Positions 16,746 to 24,857 of a stretch of 64,000 bases of DNA are shown here, piece by piece. Where the stretch lies: contig JAXLYB010000002.1 in the NCBI GenBank assembly GCA_046351675.1, forward strand, positions 64,001 to 128,000, written 5' to 3'. A model generated the notes under the pieces. That model worked only from the letters and a program-made list of their open reading frames with translations. It ran no database searches and was not told where the DNA came from. The stretch's first letter is position 1, and each line of letters opens with the position of its first letter. The stretch is from Myxococcaceae bacterium (GTDB lineage Bacteria; Myxococcota; Myxococcia; Myxococcales; Myxococcaceae). Both the position numbers and the translations under genes were made by a program.

Positions 16746-18791
16746 ATGTGCCCTGACGAGAACACCCTGCAGAAGTTCGCCAACGGCCAACTCACCGAGA
16801 TGACGGCCCTCGAGGCGCACCTCGACGGCTGTGAGGCGTGTCGCCGCGCGGTCGCCGCCGCCGCGTCAGACGCCACCCTGCCCGCCCAGCTGCCGTCGTC
16901 GACGCTGAGCCCCGGCCAGCGGGTGGCCCGGTACGAAGTCGAGCGCGAGCTCGGCCGCGGCGGCATGGGCGTCGTCTACCAGGCGCGCGACGTGACGCTC
17001 GACCGGCGCGTGGCGCTCAAGATTCTGCACGCGCGGCGCGACGAGGCGGCGCAGGCGCGGCTGCTGCGCGAGGCGCAGGTGATGGCGAAGCTGACGCACC
17101 CCAACGTGGTGCCGGTCTTCGAGCTGGGCGAGTGGAAGAACGACCTCTACCTCGTGATGGAGCTGGTGCCGGGCGTCACCCTCGAGGCGTGGCTCAAGCG
17201 CGAGAAGCACCGCCGCCGCGACATCGTGCAGGCCTTCCTCGCCGCGGGCCGGGGGCTCGCCGCTGCGCACGCCGCGGGCGTGGTGCACCGCGACTTCAAG
17301 CCGGCCAACGTGCTGATGGGCCTCGACGGCCGCGTGCGCGTCACCGACTTCGGCCTCTCGCGCCCCGGGCCCGCGCTGGAGCTGCCCGCGACCGACTCCG
17401 CGCTCGTCACGCGCGACGGCAGCATCGTCGGCACGCTGGCGTACATGTCGCCCGAGCAGCTCGACGGGAAGACGGCCGACGAGCGGTCTGATCAATTCAG
17501 CTTCTGCGTGTCGCTGGTCGAGGCGCTGCAGGGCACGCGCCCCTTCAAGGGCGAGAAATGGACCGAGCTCGCGAAGAGCGTGACGGAGCCGCCCTCGCTC
17601 TCGGGCGTGCCCCGCGCGATGCGCTCGGTGTTGAAGCGCGGCCTCGCGCACGACCCGGCGCACCGCTACGGCTCGCTGACCGCGCTGCTCAACGCGCTCG
17701 AGCGCAGCCAGCAGCTGGGCTGGGGCGCGGTGGGCGTCACCGGCACCATCGCGGCGATGGTCTCGTTCCTCTTCGTCGCGCCGCCCGCGTGGAGGCCCGC
17801 CGCGCTGCTCGGCTTCGACAAGTCCGCGCAGTCCATCACCTTCCCCGATGAGGACCTGGTGCCGGTGGTCATCGCCTCGCGCGACATCAAGGCCGGCACG
17901 GTGGTCGAGATGGAGATGCTCGCGCAGCGCGTGATGCCCAAGCCCTTCGTCACGCAGTCGGTGATCAGGCCCGACTCGGTCTCGTACATCGTCGGCCAGA
18001 AGCTCAACATCGACGTCTACACGGGCGACGTGCTGACCTGGCCGCAGTTCGAGACGGTCGAAGACGCGAAGAAGAACGCCGCGGCCGAGGAAGAGCGGCT
18101 GCCCGTGGTCGTCGCCGCGCACGACCTCCCCGCGGGCACGGTGGTGACCGCCGACATGCTGATGCAGCGCCAGTTGCCTCGGCAGTTCGCCACCACGTCC
18201 ATCGTGAAGCCCGACGCGCTCAGCTACGTGCTCGGCCAGAAGCTCCTCGTCGACGTGCAGGCCGGTGACCTCGTGCTGTGGTCGCAGTTCGAGACCAGCA
18301 AGCAGCAATCGGGTGAGGAGCTGGTGACGGTGCTCACCGCCGCCGACAACGTGCCCGAGGGCGCGACGCTCAGCCCCGACCGCATCGTGCACAAGCAGGT
18401 GCCGAAGTCGCTGGCCACCAAGTCGGTGCTGCGCCCGCAGCAGACGCCGCACGTGTGGGGCCACCCGCTGCTCGCCAATTTGAAGAAGGGCGACCTCCTG
18501 CTCTGGTCGCAGCTCTCGAAGGACCAGTTCACCGACGACGGCCTCGACTCACAGACCATCGCCAACCAGGCCGAGCGCCTCTCTCCGCTGATCACCGACT
18601 GCGCGAAGAGCGACCCGGCACCGCCGGTGAAGTTCAGCGTGCGCGCCGACGGCTCGCTCTTCGACGTGCGCGTGAACACCGAGAACGCGACGCTGAAGGA
18701 CTGCGTCTTGCGCGCGCTCGAGAAGGAGAAGCTGCCGAGCGCGAAGCACGCCACGTGGGACGTGAGCCTCACCATCAATTCCGTGCCGTGA
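16746..18791 (+). CDS. Ser/Thr protein kinase with N-terminal ZAS-type anti-sigma motif, one TM segment, three periplasmic SAF-domain repeats and a C-terminal domain
   Basis: ATG at 16746 has a good RBS (AGGAGGA 7 nt upstream). The N-terminus MCPDENTLQKFANGQLTEMTALEAHLDGCEACR carries the H-x3-C-x2-C ZAS motif. Kinase motifs are RYEVERELGRGGMGVVYQA, HRDFKPANVL, DFGLS and YMSPEQ. The TM segment is TGTIAAMVSFLFVAPP. Three repeats of ~70 aa of the form VV.A..D...GTVV...ML..R..P..F...S...PD..SY.LGQKL..DV..GD.L.W.QFE are SAF-like. Confidence 0.8.
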   Translation: MCPDENTLQKFANGQLTEMTALEAHLDGCEACRRAVAAAASDATLPAQLPSSTLSPGQRVARYEVERELGRGGMGVVYQARDVTLDRRVALKILHARRDEAAQARLLREAQVMAKLTHPNVVPVFELGEWKNDLYLVMELVPGVTLEAWLKREKHRRRDIVQAFLAAGRGLAAAHAAGVVHRDFKPANVLMGLDGRVRVTDFGLSRPGPALELPATDSALVTRDGSIVGTLAYMSPEQLDGKTADERSDQFSFCVSLVEALQGTRPFKGEKWTELAKSVTEPPSLSGVPRAMRSVLKRGLAHDPAHRYGSLTALLNALERSQQLGWGAVGVTGTIAAMVSFLFVAPPAWRPAALLGFDKSAQSITFPDEDLVPVVIASRDIKAGTVVEMEMLAQRVMPKPFVTQSVIRPDSVSYIVGQKLNIDVYTGDVLTWPQFETVEDAKKNAAAEEERLPVVVAAHDLPAGTVVTADMLMQRQLPRQFATTSIVKPDALSYVLGQKLLVDVQAGDLVLWSQFETSKQQSGEELVTVLTAADNVPEGATLSPDRIVHKQVPKSLATKSVLRPQQTPHVWGHPLLANLKKGDLLLWSQLSKDQFTDDGLDSQTIANQAERLSPLITDCAKSDPAPPVKFSVRADGSLFDVRVNTENATLKDCVLRALEKEKLPSAKHATWDVSLTINSVP

Positions 18792-18830
18792 CCTTGAGGC
18801 GAAGTGCCCTTCCGGTGGTATGGCCCGTTC

Positions 18831-20615
18831 ATGCTCTCCGCCCTGCGCCTCGCCATTCCGCTGTCGCTGTTCGCCGTGGTGCTCCTCGGGTGCCCCGAGA
18901 AGAAGTGTGACGCGTCGACCTGCGCGACGGGCTGTTGCAGCTCGACCAACCAGTGCGTGACGGCCACCAACGGCAGCCAGTGCGGCACGCTCGGCGGCGC
19001 GTGCGTCACCTGCGCGCCGACGCAGATTTGCCAGGTCGGGGTGTGCTCGGTCGCGTCGACGAGCGGCGGCGGCACGGGTGGCGGCACGGGCGGCGGCACC
19101 GGTGGCGGCACGGGCGGCGGCCTCGGAGGCGGCACCGGCGGCAGCCTCGGCGGTGGCACCGGCGGCGGGAGCAACATCCTCGGCACGTACCGCGACGTCT
19201 TCACGGCCTACTGCGACTACGCGGTGCGGTGCGGCTACCTGCCCTCGGCCCAGCGCGCCGACTGCATCGACCTCTACTCGATGTACTTCGTGGGCTCGGC
19301 GGCGAGCGCGACGCAGATCGACCACGTGGCGTTCACCGCCGCCGGCGCGGCCGCGATGGAATCGTGCCGCACGTCGCTCTCGACGCTGTCGTGCAGCCCC
19401 AACGCGGTGGGCAGCGCGTGCTCGGGCATCTCGTCGCCTGAAATCGTCGGCACCGTGCCGACCGGCGGCTCGTGCATCCAGTCGTCGTTCGAGTGCGCCA
19501 ACGCGTCCGACAGCTGCGTGGGCAACACGTGCCCGCGCCAGTGCCAGGCGGTCGCCGTCGGCTCGCTCGGCGCGCCCTGCCCGCGCACGGGTTCGTGCAA
19601 CGACGGGCTGTACTGCGACTCGATCAACGTCTGCCAGGCGCTGAAGGCCGGCGGCTCGACGTGCGGTGGCAGCTACGAGTGCCAGAGCGGTCAGTGCTCG
19701 ACGGGCACCTGCACCACGCCCGTTCCGCTCGGCGGGGTCTGCAACTTCAACGCGCCGTGCGTGTCGACCGCCTGGTGCGACGGCACCAACCACTGCGCCG
19801 CGCGCAAGTCGGGCGGCTCGCAGTGCAGCAACTACCCGCGCGAGTGCGCCGACCCCAACCAGTGCATCAACAACGTGTGCGTGGTGCCGTCGGGCGTCGG
19901 CGTGGTCTGCCGCAACTTCAACGAGTGCCGCAGCGACCTCGACTGTGACTCGGTGCTGCGCACCTGCCAGGCGTACGCCTCGGTCGACGCGGGCCAGCCG
20001 TGCACCAACTCCGCGGTGCAATGCAAAGGCTCGTTCTCGTGCATCGGCGCGGTGGTGAACCCCGACGGCGGCGTCGGCACGCAGGGCACCTGTGGCACCC
20101 GCGTCATCGGGTCGCCGTGCACGTCGAACTACCAGTGCCCCATCGCCTCGTTCTGCGATGGCACCAAGCACTGCGCGGCCTCCACCGTCGGCAGCTCGTG
20201 CGATGGCTCGCAGAACTGCCGCGCGACCGAGTACTGCGCGTCGACCGGCACCTGCGCGGCGCGTTTCGGCACCGGCGCGCAGTGCGACGTCACCGTGTCC
20301 GACTCGTGCGCGGTGGCGACCGAGCGCTGCATCGCGACGCCGACCGACGCGATTCGCAAGTGCCGCGCGCCGGCGGGCGCGGGCGGCGCGTGCCTCTCGC
20401 AAGACGGCTGCCAGGGTTTCCTGCTCGCGTGCCTGAACCAGACCTGCACCACGGTCGGCCACGTCGGCCAGCCCTGCTTCCAGAGCCGCTGCATCAACAG
20501 CGCGTGCGTCGACGCGGGCTGCGTCGCACCCCAGGCCAACGGCGCGAGCTGCAACGGCTTCGGCGACTGCCAGAGCCAGACCTGCTTCGACAGCGTCTGC
20601 TCGACCTGCCCGTGA
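18831..20615 (+). CDS. cysteine-rich repeat lipoprotein (Myxococcus cysteine-rich repeat, TIGR02232-like)
   Basis: Signal peptide with lipobox (MLSALRLAIPLSLFAVVLLGCPEKK). A Gly-rich linker follows (GGGTGGGTGGGTGGG...), and then more than 20 repeats of the pattern C..G.C....C.....C. Long antisense ORFs on the minus strand (18224..19204 encoding PPPVPPPV, and 18549..20462) are artefacts of this gene. Confidence 0.8.
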   Translation: MLSALRLAIPLSLFAVVLLGCPEKKCDASTCATGCCSSTNQCVTATNGSQCGTLGGACVTCAPTQICQVGVCSVASTSGGGTGGGTGGGTGGGTGGGLGGGTGGSLGGGTGGGSNILGTYRDVFTAYCDYAVRCGYLPSAQRADCIDLYSMYFVGSAASATQIDHVAFTAAGAAAMESCRTSLSTLSCSPNAVGSACSGISSPEIVGTVPTGGSCIQSSFECANASDSCVGNTCPRQCQAVAVGSLGAPCPRTGSCNDGLYCDSINVCQALKAGGSTCGGSYECQSGQCSTGTCTTPVPLGGVCNFNAPCVSTAWCDGTNHCAARKSGGSQCSNYPRECADPNQCINNVCVVPSGVGVVCRNFNECRSDLDCDSVLRTCQAYASVDAGQPCTNSAVQCKGSFSCIGAVVNPDGGVGTQGTCGTRVIGSPCTSNYQCPIASFCDGTKHCAASTVGSSCDGSQNCRATEYCASTGTCAARFGTGAQCDVTVSDSCAVATERCIATPTDAIRKCRAPAGAGGACLSQDGCQGFLLACLNQTCTTVGHVGQPCFQSRCINSACVDAGCVAPQANGASCNGFGDCQSQTCFDSVCSTCP

Positions 20616-20735
20616 CGGCCGTCGCGGGCTGGAACGTCAGCGCGACGCCGCGCTGAACAACTGTCTGGCGGGCACAGCGGTGTGCCCACCGACTGGACCG
20701 CACGGCCTCGCGCGCAGTGTTATTCGTGCAGTCGC

Positions 20736-21656
20736 ATGTCACGCCGCCGCCGCACGCTGAGCCGCCGACAGACCCTCGCCGCAGGAGCGGCGGTCGCCTC
20801 GTCTCTGGCGTGCGCCCGCCCCACCACGAGCCCCAGCATGTCTGCCACCGCCACGTCCGCCCGCCAGCCCGTCGCCTACCTCCCGCACGGAGGCGGCCCG
20901 TGGCCGTTCGTCGAGCTCGACTTCGCGACCAAGCAGGAAGACGCGGTGCTGCGCGGCTACCTCGAGGGCTTGCCGAAGCTGCTCAAGACGACGCCGAAGG
21001 CGATGCTCGTCATCAGCGCGCACTGGGAAGAGGCGGTGCCGACGGTGATGACCGCCGCGAAGCCGCCGATGCTCTTCGACTACTACGGCTTCCCCGAGGC
21101 CTCGTACCACCTGAGCTGGCCGGCCCCCGGTGCGCCCGAGCTCGCCCCGCGCGTGCGGCAGCTGCTCGAGGGCGCCGGCTTCCAGACCGCTGTTGACGCC
21201 GAGCGCGGCTTCGACCACGGCACCTTCGTGCCGCTGATGCTCGCGTTCCCCAAGCCCACCATTCCCACGCTGCAGCTCTCGCTCAAGCGCGGGCTCGACC
21301 CGGCGGAGCACCTCAAGATGGGCCGCGCGCTCGCCCCGCTGCGCGACGAGGGCGTGTTCATCGTCGGCAGCGGCATGACCTTCCACAACATGCGCGGCTT
21401 CGGCGCGCCGCAGGCCGGGCCCATCTCGCAGCAGTTCGACGGGTGGCTGCAGGAGACGATGAAGCTCCCGCAGGCCGAGCGTGACGCGCGCCTCACCGAC
21501 TGGGCGAAGGCGCCGATGGCGCGGCAGTGTCACCCGCGCGAGGAGCACCTGTTGCCGGCGATGGTGTGCGCGGGCGCGGCGGGCGCGGACCTGGGCAGCG
21601 TGGCGTACGCGAGCTCGTGGGCGTCGGTCGCGCTGAGCGCGTACCACTTCGGCTGA
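20736..21656 (+). CDS. LigB-family extradiol ring-cleavage dioxygenase (class III; YgiD/DODA-like) with Tat-type signal
   Basis: MSRRRRTLSRRQTLAAGAAVASSLACA is a twin-arginine-like signal. LigB-type motifs follow: VAYLPHGGGPWPF, LVISAHWEE, FDHGTFVPL and FIVGSGMTFHN. Confidence 0.7.
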   Translation: MSRRRRTLSRRQTLAAGAAVASSLACARPTTSPSMSATATSARQPVAYLPHGGGPWPFVELDFATKQEDAVLRGYLEGLPKLLKTTPKAMLVISAHWEEAVPTVMTAAKPPMLFDYYGFPEASYHLSWPAPGAPELAPRVRQLLEGAGFQTAVDAERGFDHGTFVPLMLAFPKPTIPTLQLSLKRGLDPAEHLKMGRALAPLRDEGVFIVGSGMTFHNMRGFGAPQAGPISQQFDGWLQETMKLPQAERDARLTDWAKAPMARQCHPREEHLLPAMVCAGAAGADLGSVAYASSWASVALSAYHFG

Positions 21657-21660
21657 AGCG

Positions 21661-23145
21661 CTACTCGTCGTCGGGCTTCTTCGGGGCGACCGGCAGCGGC
21701 CGCTCTTCGTCGATCTGCTTGAGCGCCAGCTCCGCCTTCTCGAGCTCGGCCGCCGCGCCTTCCATCACCTTCTCGAGCTTCTCGAGTTCCTTCACCAGCT
21801 TCGCGGGCGGGTTGTTCATGAACTCCATCTTCTTCTGCTGCTTCTCGAGCGCCGCGTTGGCCTTGTCGTAGCGGGCGCGCGCGCGGGCGAGCGCGGCGTT
21901 GGCGGCCTTGCGCTCGACGTCGACGAGGGTGACCGCGAAGGTCTGCGGCTTCGTCATGGGGCCGAACTTCTTCACCGCCCCGCCCCAGCCTTCCTTCTTC
22001 ACCTCGACGGTGGGCTTGCTCTTCGAGGCCACCGCGATGCTCGCCGGCGTCAGGCCCACCAGCTGGCCGTCGACCCACACCTCGGCCCCGGCCTCGGGCG
22101 CGCTGGTGACGGTGAGCACGATGCCCTGCGTGAGCTGCACCTCGAGCGACGACTCGCCGAGCGGGAGGTCGACCTTCTCGACGTGCGGCTGGTACCCGTC
22201 GAGCACCACCAGCAGCTCGGTCTCGCCCTTCTCGAGCGGGGCGGTGCGGCCGGGCGTCTTCGCCAGCACTTCCTTCATGCCCACCAGCACCCGCGCGCCC
22301 GGCGGCGTGCTCGTCACCTTCACGATGGCCGCGGGCTTGAGCGGGAAGGTGAGCGTGAGGTGCTCGTTCGCGTTCGGCATGCGGAACTGCGAGTCGGGGA
22401 AGTAGCCGTCGAGCTCGACGCGCACCTCGTTGTTCTTGCCCGCCGCCAGCTTCGTCTCGAGCGGCGTCTTCCCGCGTTCCTCGCCGTTGACGAAGACGCG
22501 CGCGCCTGGCGGCTCGCTGTCGACCTTCGACGTCGGGAACACGCCCACGTCGACGCCGCCGACCGCGGGGAGCCCGGTCTTCGTCGCGCATTCCTGGCGC
22601 TGCGCCTCGAGCCACGCCGCCAGCGGGCCGGCTTCCTTGCCGCTCGCGAGCGTCAGGCGATCTGACTCGGTGCGGTCCTGCGCGGCGTCGGCGATGCACG
22701 AGCACACCCGCGTGGGGCTCTGCTCGGCGCACCGCCCGATGAACTGCGCGCGCGTGTCGAAGGCCGAGATGCCGGCGACCTCCGCGATCTTCGCCTTGAG
22801 CATCTGACCCGCGAACGCTGCGGCGATGAGCCCGAGCACGAAGAAGAGCGCGTGGAGAATGGCCATCACCAGCGCCAGCACCCGCGCGCCGGTCGAGTAG
22901 TCGCGGTTGCGCCAGATGAACCAGCCGAAGATGCCGGGGAGGAACGCGGTGCCCAGCGCGAGCGGCCAGTCGACGCCGCCGCCGCGGTAGGCCGCCGTGA
23001 AGAGCACCACCCACACCAGCGAGCAGCAGCCGCCGCCACCCGCCCCGTTCGCGGCGAGCGCGACGTCGGCGAGCACGAAGAACGGTGCGAGCGCGACCAG
23101 GGTGCGACGAAACGCGGGCGACCACCTCGGCGCGAGCGGCCTCAT
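21661..23145 (-). CDS. membrane protein with multiple PEGA domains and C-terminal coiled coil
   Basis: The start is placed at MRPLAPRW (cat 23143..23145) within ORF 21661..23811. Upstream of this the ORF is antisense to 23173..23946. There are TM helices and PEGA-like repeats (PPGARVFVNGEERGKTPL, PPGARVLVGMKEVLAKTPG, AEVWVDGQLVGLTP). Confidence 0.65.
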   Translation of the reverse strand: MRPLAPRWSPAFRRTLVALAPFFVLADVALAANGAGGGGCCSLVWVVLFTAAYRGGGVDWPLALGTAFLPGIFGWFIWRNRDYSTGARVLALVMAILHALFFVLGLIAAAFAGQMLKAKIAEVAGISAFDTRAQFIGRCAEQSPTRVCSCIADAAQDRTESDRLTLASGKEAGPLAAWLEAQRQECATKTGLPAVGGVDVGVFPTSKVDSEPPGARVFVNGEERGKTPLETKLAAGKNNEVRVELDGYFPDSQFRMPNANEHLTLTFPLKPAAIVKVTSTPPGARVLVGMKEVLAKTPGRTAPLEKGETELLVVLDGYQPHVEKVDLPLGESSLEVQLTQGIVLTVTSAPEAGAEVWVDGQLVGLTPASIAVASKSKPTVEVKKEGWGGAVKKFGPMTKPQTFAVTLVDVERKAANAALARARARYDKANAALEKQQKKMEFMNNPPAKLVKELEKLEKVMEGAAAELEKAELALKQIDEERPLPVAPKKPDDE

Positions 23146-23172
23146 GGCAGGTGAATCTGGCACGATGCGACG

Positions 23173-23946
23173 ATGGCGCCGAAAGAGAAACCGCTCAGCC
23201 CCGCCCGCCGGTTGGCGCGCTCGCTGCCGAAGCCCGGGCCAAAGCTGAGAGAGGCCTGTGCCGCGCTGTGGACCGACGCGCAGTGCGATGCGTGGGGCCG
23301 CCGCGCGAAGCCGAAGGACGCGTGGAAGCAGGCCTGCGACTGGCTGCTGGTGGCCGACGCCGCGCTGCGCAAGGCGCCCGAGGACCTGCCGTATTCCCGC
23401 GCGCGGTTGGCGTGGTTGGCCGAGCTCACCGTGCAGCTCGAAGACGAGCTGAGCGGGGCGGTGACGGGCGAGCAGAAGGACGCGCGGGCACGGCGTGACG
23501 CGCGGCTGGGCGAGGCGAAGAAGCTCCGGGCGCGGGCGTTGAGCCGGCTGCAGCTGTGCGTCGGGGGTGAGGAAGACCGCGGCGCGGCGCTCGCCGTGGC
23601 CAACAAGGGCAGCCGGAATGCGGGCGAGGTGGCCGGCACGCTCGTCGCGCTCGGTGAGCTGATGGACCACTGGCGCAAGCGGGAGCGGCTGCGGGTGTTG
23701 CTCGACGAGCTCGGGCTCGATGACGATTTCATCGAGGCGATGGAACGCGCGGCGAAGGAGCTCCAGACGGCCGTGGCGGACGCCGAGACGCTCGCCGGCC
23801 ACGCCACGCACCGCCTCGCGGGTCGATTGTTGAGAGAGCTGCGCGCGCTGCAGCTGGCATTCGAAACGGCTCGAGCAGAAGGGTTGGCGGTGCCGCGCAA
23901 CGTGCTCCCTCTCCTCCTCAGAGGAGAGGGCCGGGGTGAGGAGTAA
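23173..23946 (+). CDS. hypothetical protein (helical, Arg/Ala-rich)
   Basis: GC3-rich codon usage. It is divergent from the PEGA gene. The last ~13 codons and the stop (TAA in GAGTAACC) are supplied by a palindromic repeat unit. Confidence 0.5.
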   Translation: MAPKEKPLSPARRLARSLPKPGPKLREACAALWTDAQCDAWGRRAKPKDAWKQACDWLLVADAALRKAPEDLPYSRARLAWLAELTVQLEDELSGAVTGEQKDARARRDARLGEAKKLRARALSRLQLCVGGEEDRGAALAVANKGSRNAGEVAGTLVALGELMDHWRKRERLRVLLDELGLDDDFIEAMERAAKELQTAVADAETLAGHATHRLAGRLLRELRALQLAFETARAEGLAVPRNVLPLLLRGEGRGEE

Positions 23947-23948
23947 CC
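23905..23948. repeat. palindromic repeat unit (GAGTAACC-tail variant) overlapping the stop of 23173..23946
   Basis: CTCCCTCTCCTCCTCAGAGGAGAGGGCCGGGGTGAGGAGTAACC, between convergent gene ends. Confidence 0.85.
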
Positions 23949-23961
23949 GGCCGGAGCGGAG

Positions 23962-24768
23962 CTACCAGACGGCGATGGCCGTGGTGAGCAACGCCGCACC
24001 AACCGCCGCGCTCGCCCCCGCAATGCCGAACTCGACCGACGCACCATCATTGAGCCGCTGCGCCTCGGCGCCCGTGAACTCGGAATAGGTCAACCCATCG
24101 CTCCCCGGCACGCCCGTCGACAGCCGCCCGCGCTGCGCGAGACCACTGACGAGAAACCCGACGCCAACGCTCAGCGCCGCGATGCCCAGCCCACCGACCA
24201 CGATGCTCGCCGCATGCGAACGCGGCGGAGGCTCGGGCGTGAGCGGCACGGTGGTGTCGGGCCCGGTGTTCGGCGGCGTGATGACCGGGTCGCTCTTCAC
24301 CAGCGGCGCGTCCTTCGGAGGTTCCGCGCTGCTGCTGCCGATTCTCGAGCCGACCTTCTTCACGAAGGCGTCCAACTGCGCCGGAGTGACGTCACCACGT
24401 CGCGCGAGCAGCAGTGATTCCCGCTCGACGACCTCGGCCTTGCCCACGCGAAAGAGCTCGAGCGCGAGGCTCTGGTCGGTGCCGATCTGACTGACCGACA
24501 CCAGCACCAGCCACGACACCTTGAGCTGGCGGGCGACCTCGACGTGACAGTCCGCGCCGCCGTTGCAGTTGGTCGCGTCCTTGAGGCCGAGCGCGGCGAG
24601 GCGCTTCTGCGAGTCGGCGAACGGCAGGAAGTCCGGGCCCGCGACGGCGTTCGACACCTTGTCGAGCAGCGCGCTCGCGTCAGCCGGCGACACCGAGGTG
24701 CGGCGCGCGAGAACGACGGCAGCGCGGGGGTCTACGGTCAACGTCAACGCCACGAGCGCGGAGAACAT
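23962..24768 (-). CDS. hypothetical secreted/membrane protein
   Basis: Internal ATG (cat 24766..24768) gives the signal-like MFSALVALTLTV. There is a C-terminal hydrophobic segment (IVVGGLGIAALSVGVGFLVSGL). ORF 23962..24807. Confidence 0.5.
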   Translation of the reverse strand: MFSALVALTLTVDPRAAVVLARRTSVSPADASALLDKVSNAVAGPDFLPFADSQKRLAALGLKDATNCNGGADCHVEVARQLKVSWLVLVSVSQIGTDQSLALELFRVGKAEVVERESLLLARRGDVTPAQLDAFVKKVGSRIGSSSAEPPKDAPLVKSDPVITPPNTGPDTTVPLTPEPPPRSHAASIVVGGLGIAALSVGVGFLVSGLAQRGRLSTGVPGSDGLTYSEFTGAEAQRLNDGASVEFGIAGASAAVGAALLTTAIAVW

Positions 24769-24857
24769 CGGCCTGGGAGTGTACCGCACCGCCGCTGGAA
24801 CCCACACGTGACGTCCCGGGGTGCGGGCGCTCCCTTCCCGGCGCTGGGCGTGCGAGC

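Noticed and set aside
18224-19204. 326-aa minus-strand ORF encoding PPPVPPPVPPPV... proline repeats
   Set aside because: It is the reverse complement of the GGGTGGGTGGG linker and Cys-rich repeats of the plus-strand lipoprotein 18831..20615, and it has no independent start or signal context. It is an antisense artefact.
18549-20462. 637-aa minus-strand ORF (Arg/Ala-rich)
   Set aside because: It is antisense to the Cys-rich repeat lipoprotein. The Arg/Ala/Gly-rich low-complexity translation is typical of the wrong strand in 70% GC DNA.
21530-23125. 531-aa minus-strand ORF overlapping the PEGA gene in another frame
   Set aside because: It is an alternative-frame artefact (Arg/Gly/Ala-rich). 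The PEGA-domain frame has clear TM helices and domain motifs.
23146-23811. N-terminal 222 codons of ORF 21661..23811
   Set aside because: This part is antisense to the GC3-rich plus-strand gene 23173..23946, and its translation is low-complexity. The real start of the PEGA gene is the internal ATG at 23143..23145.
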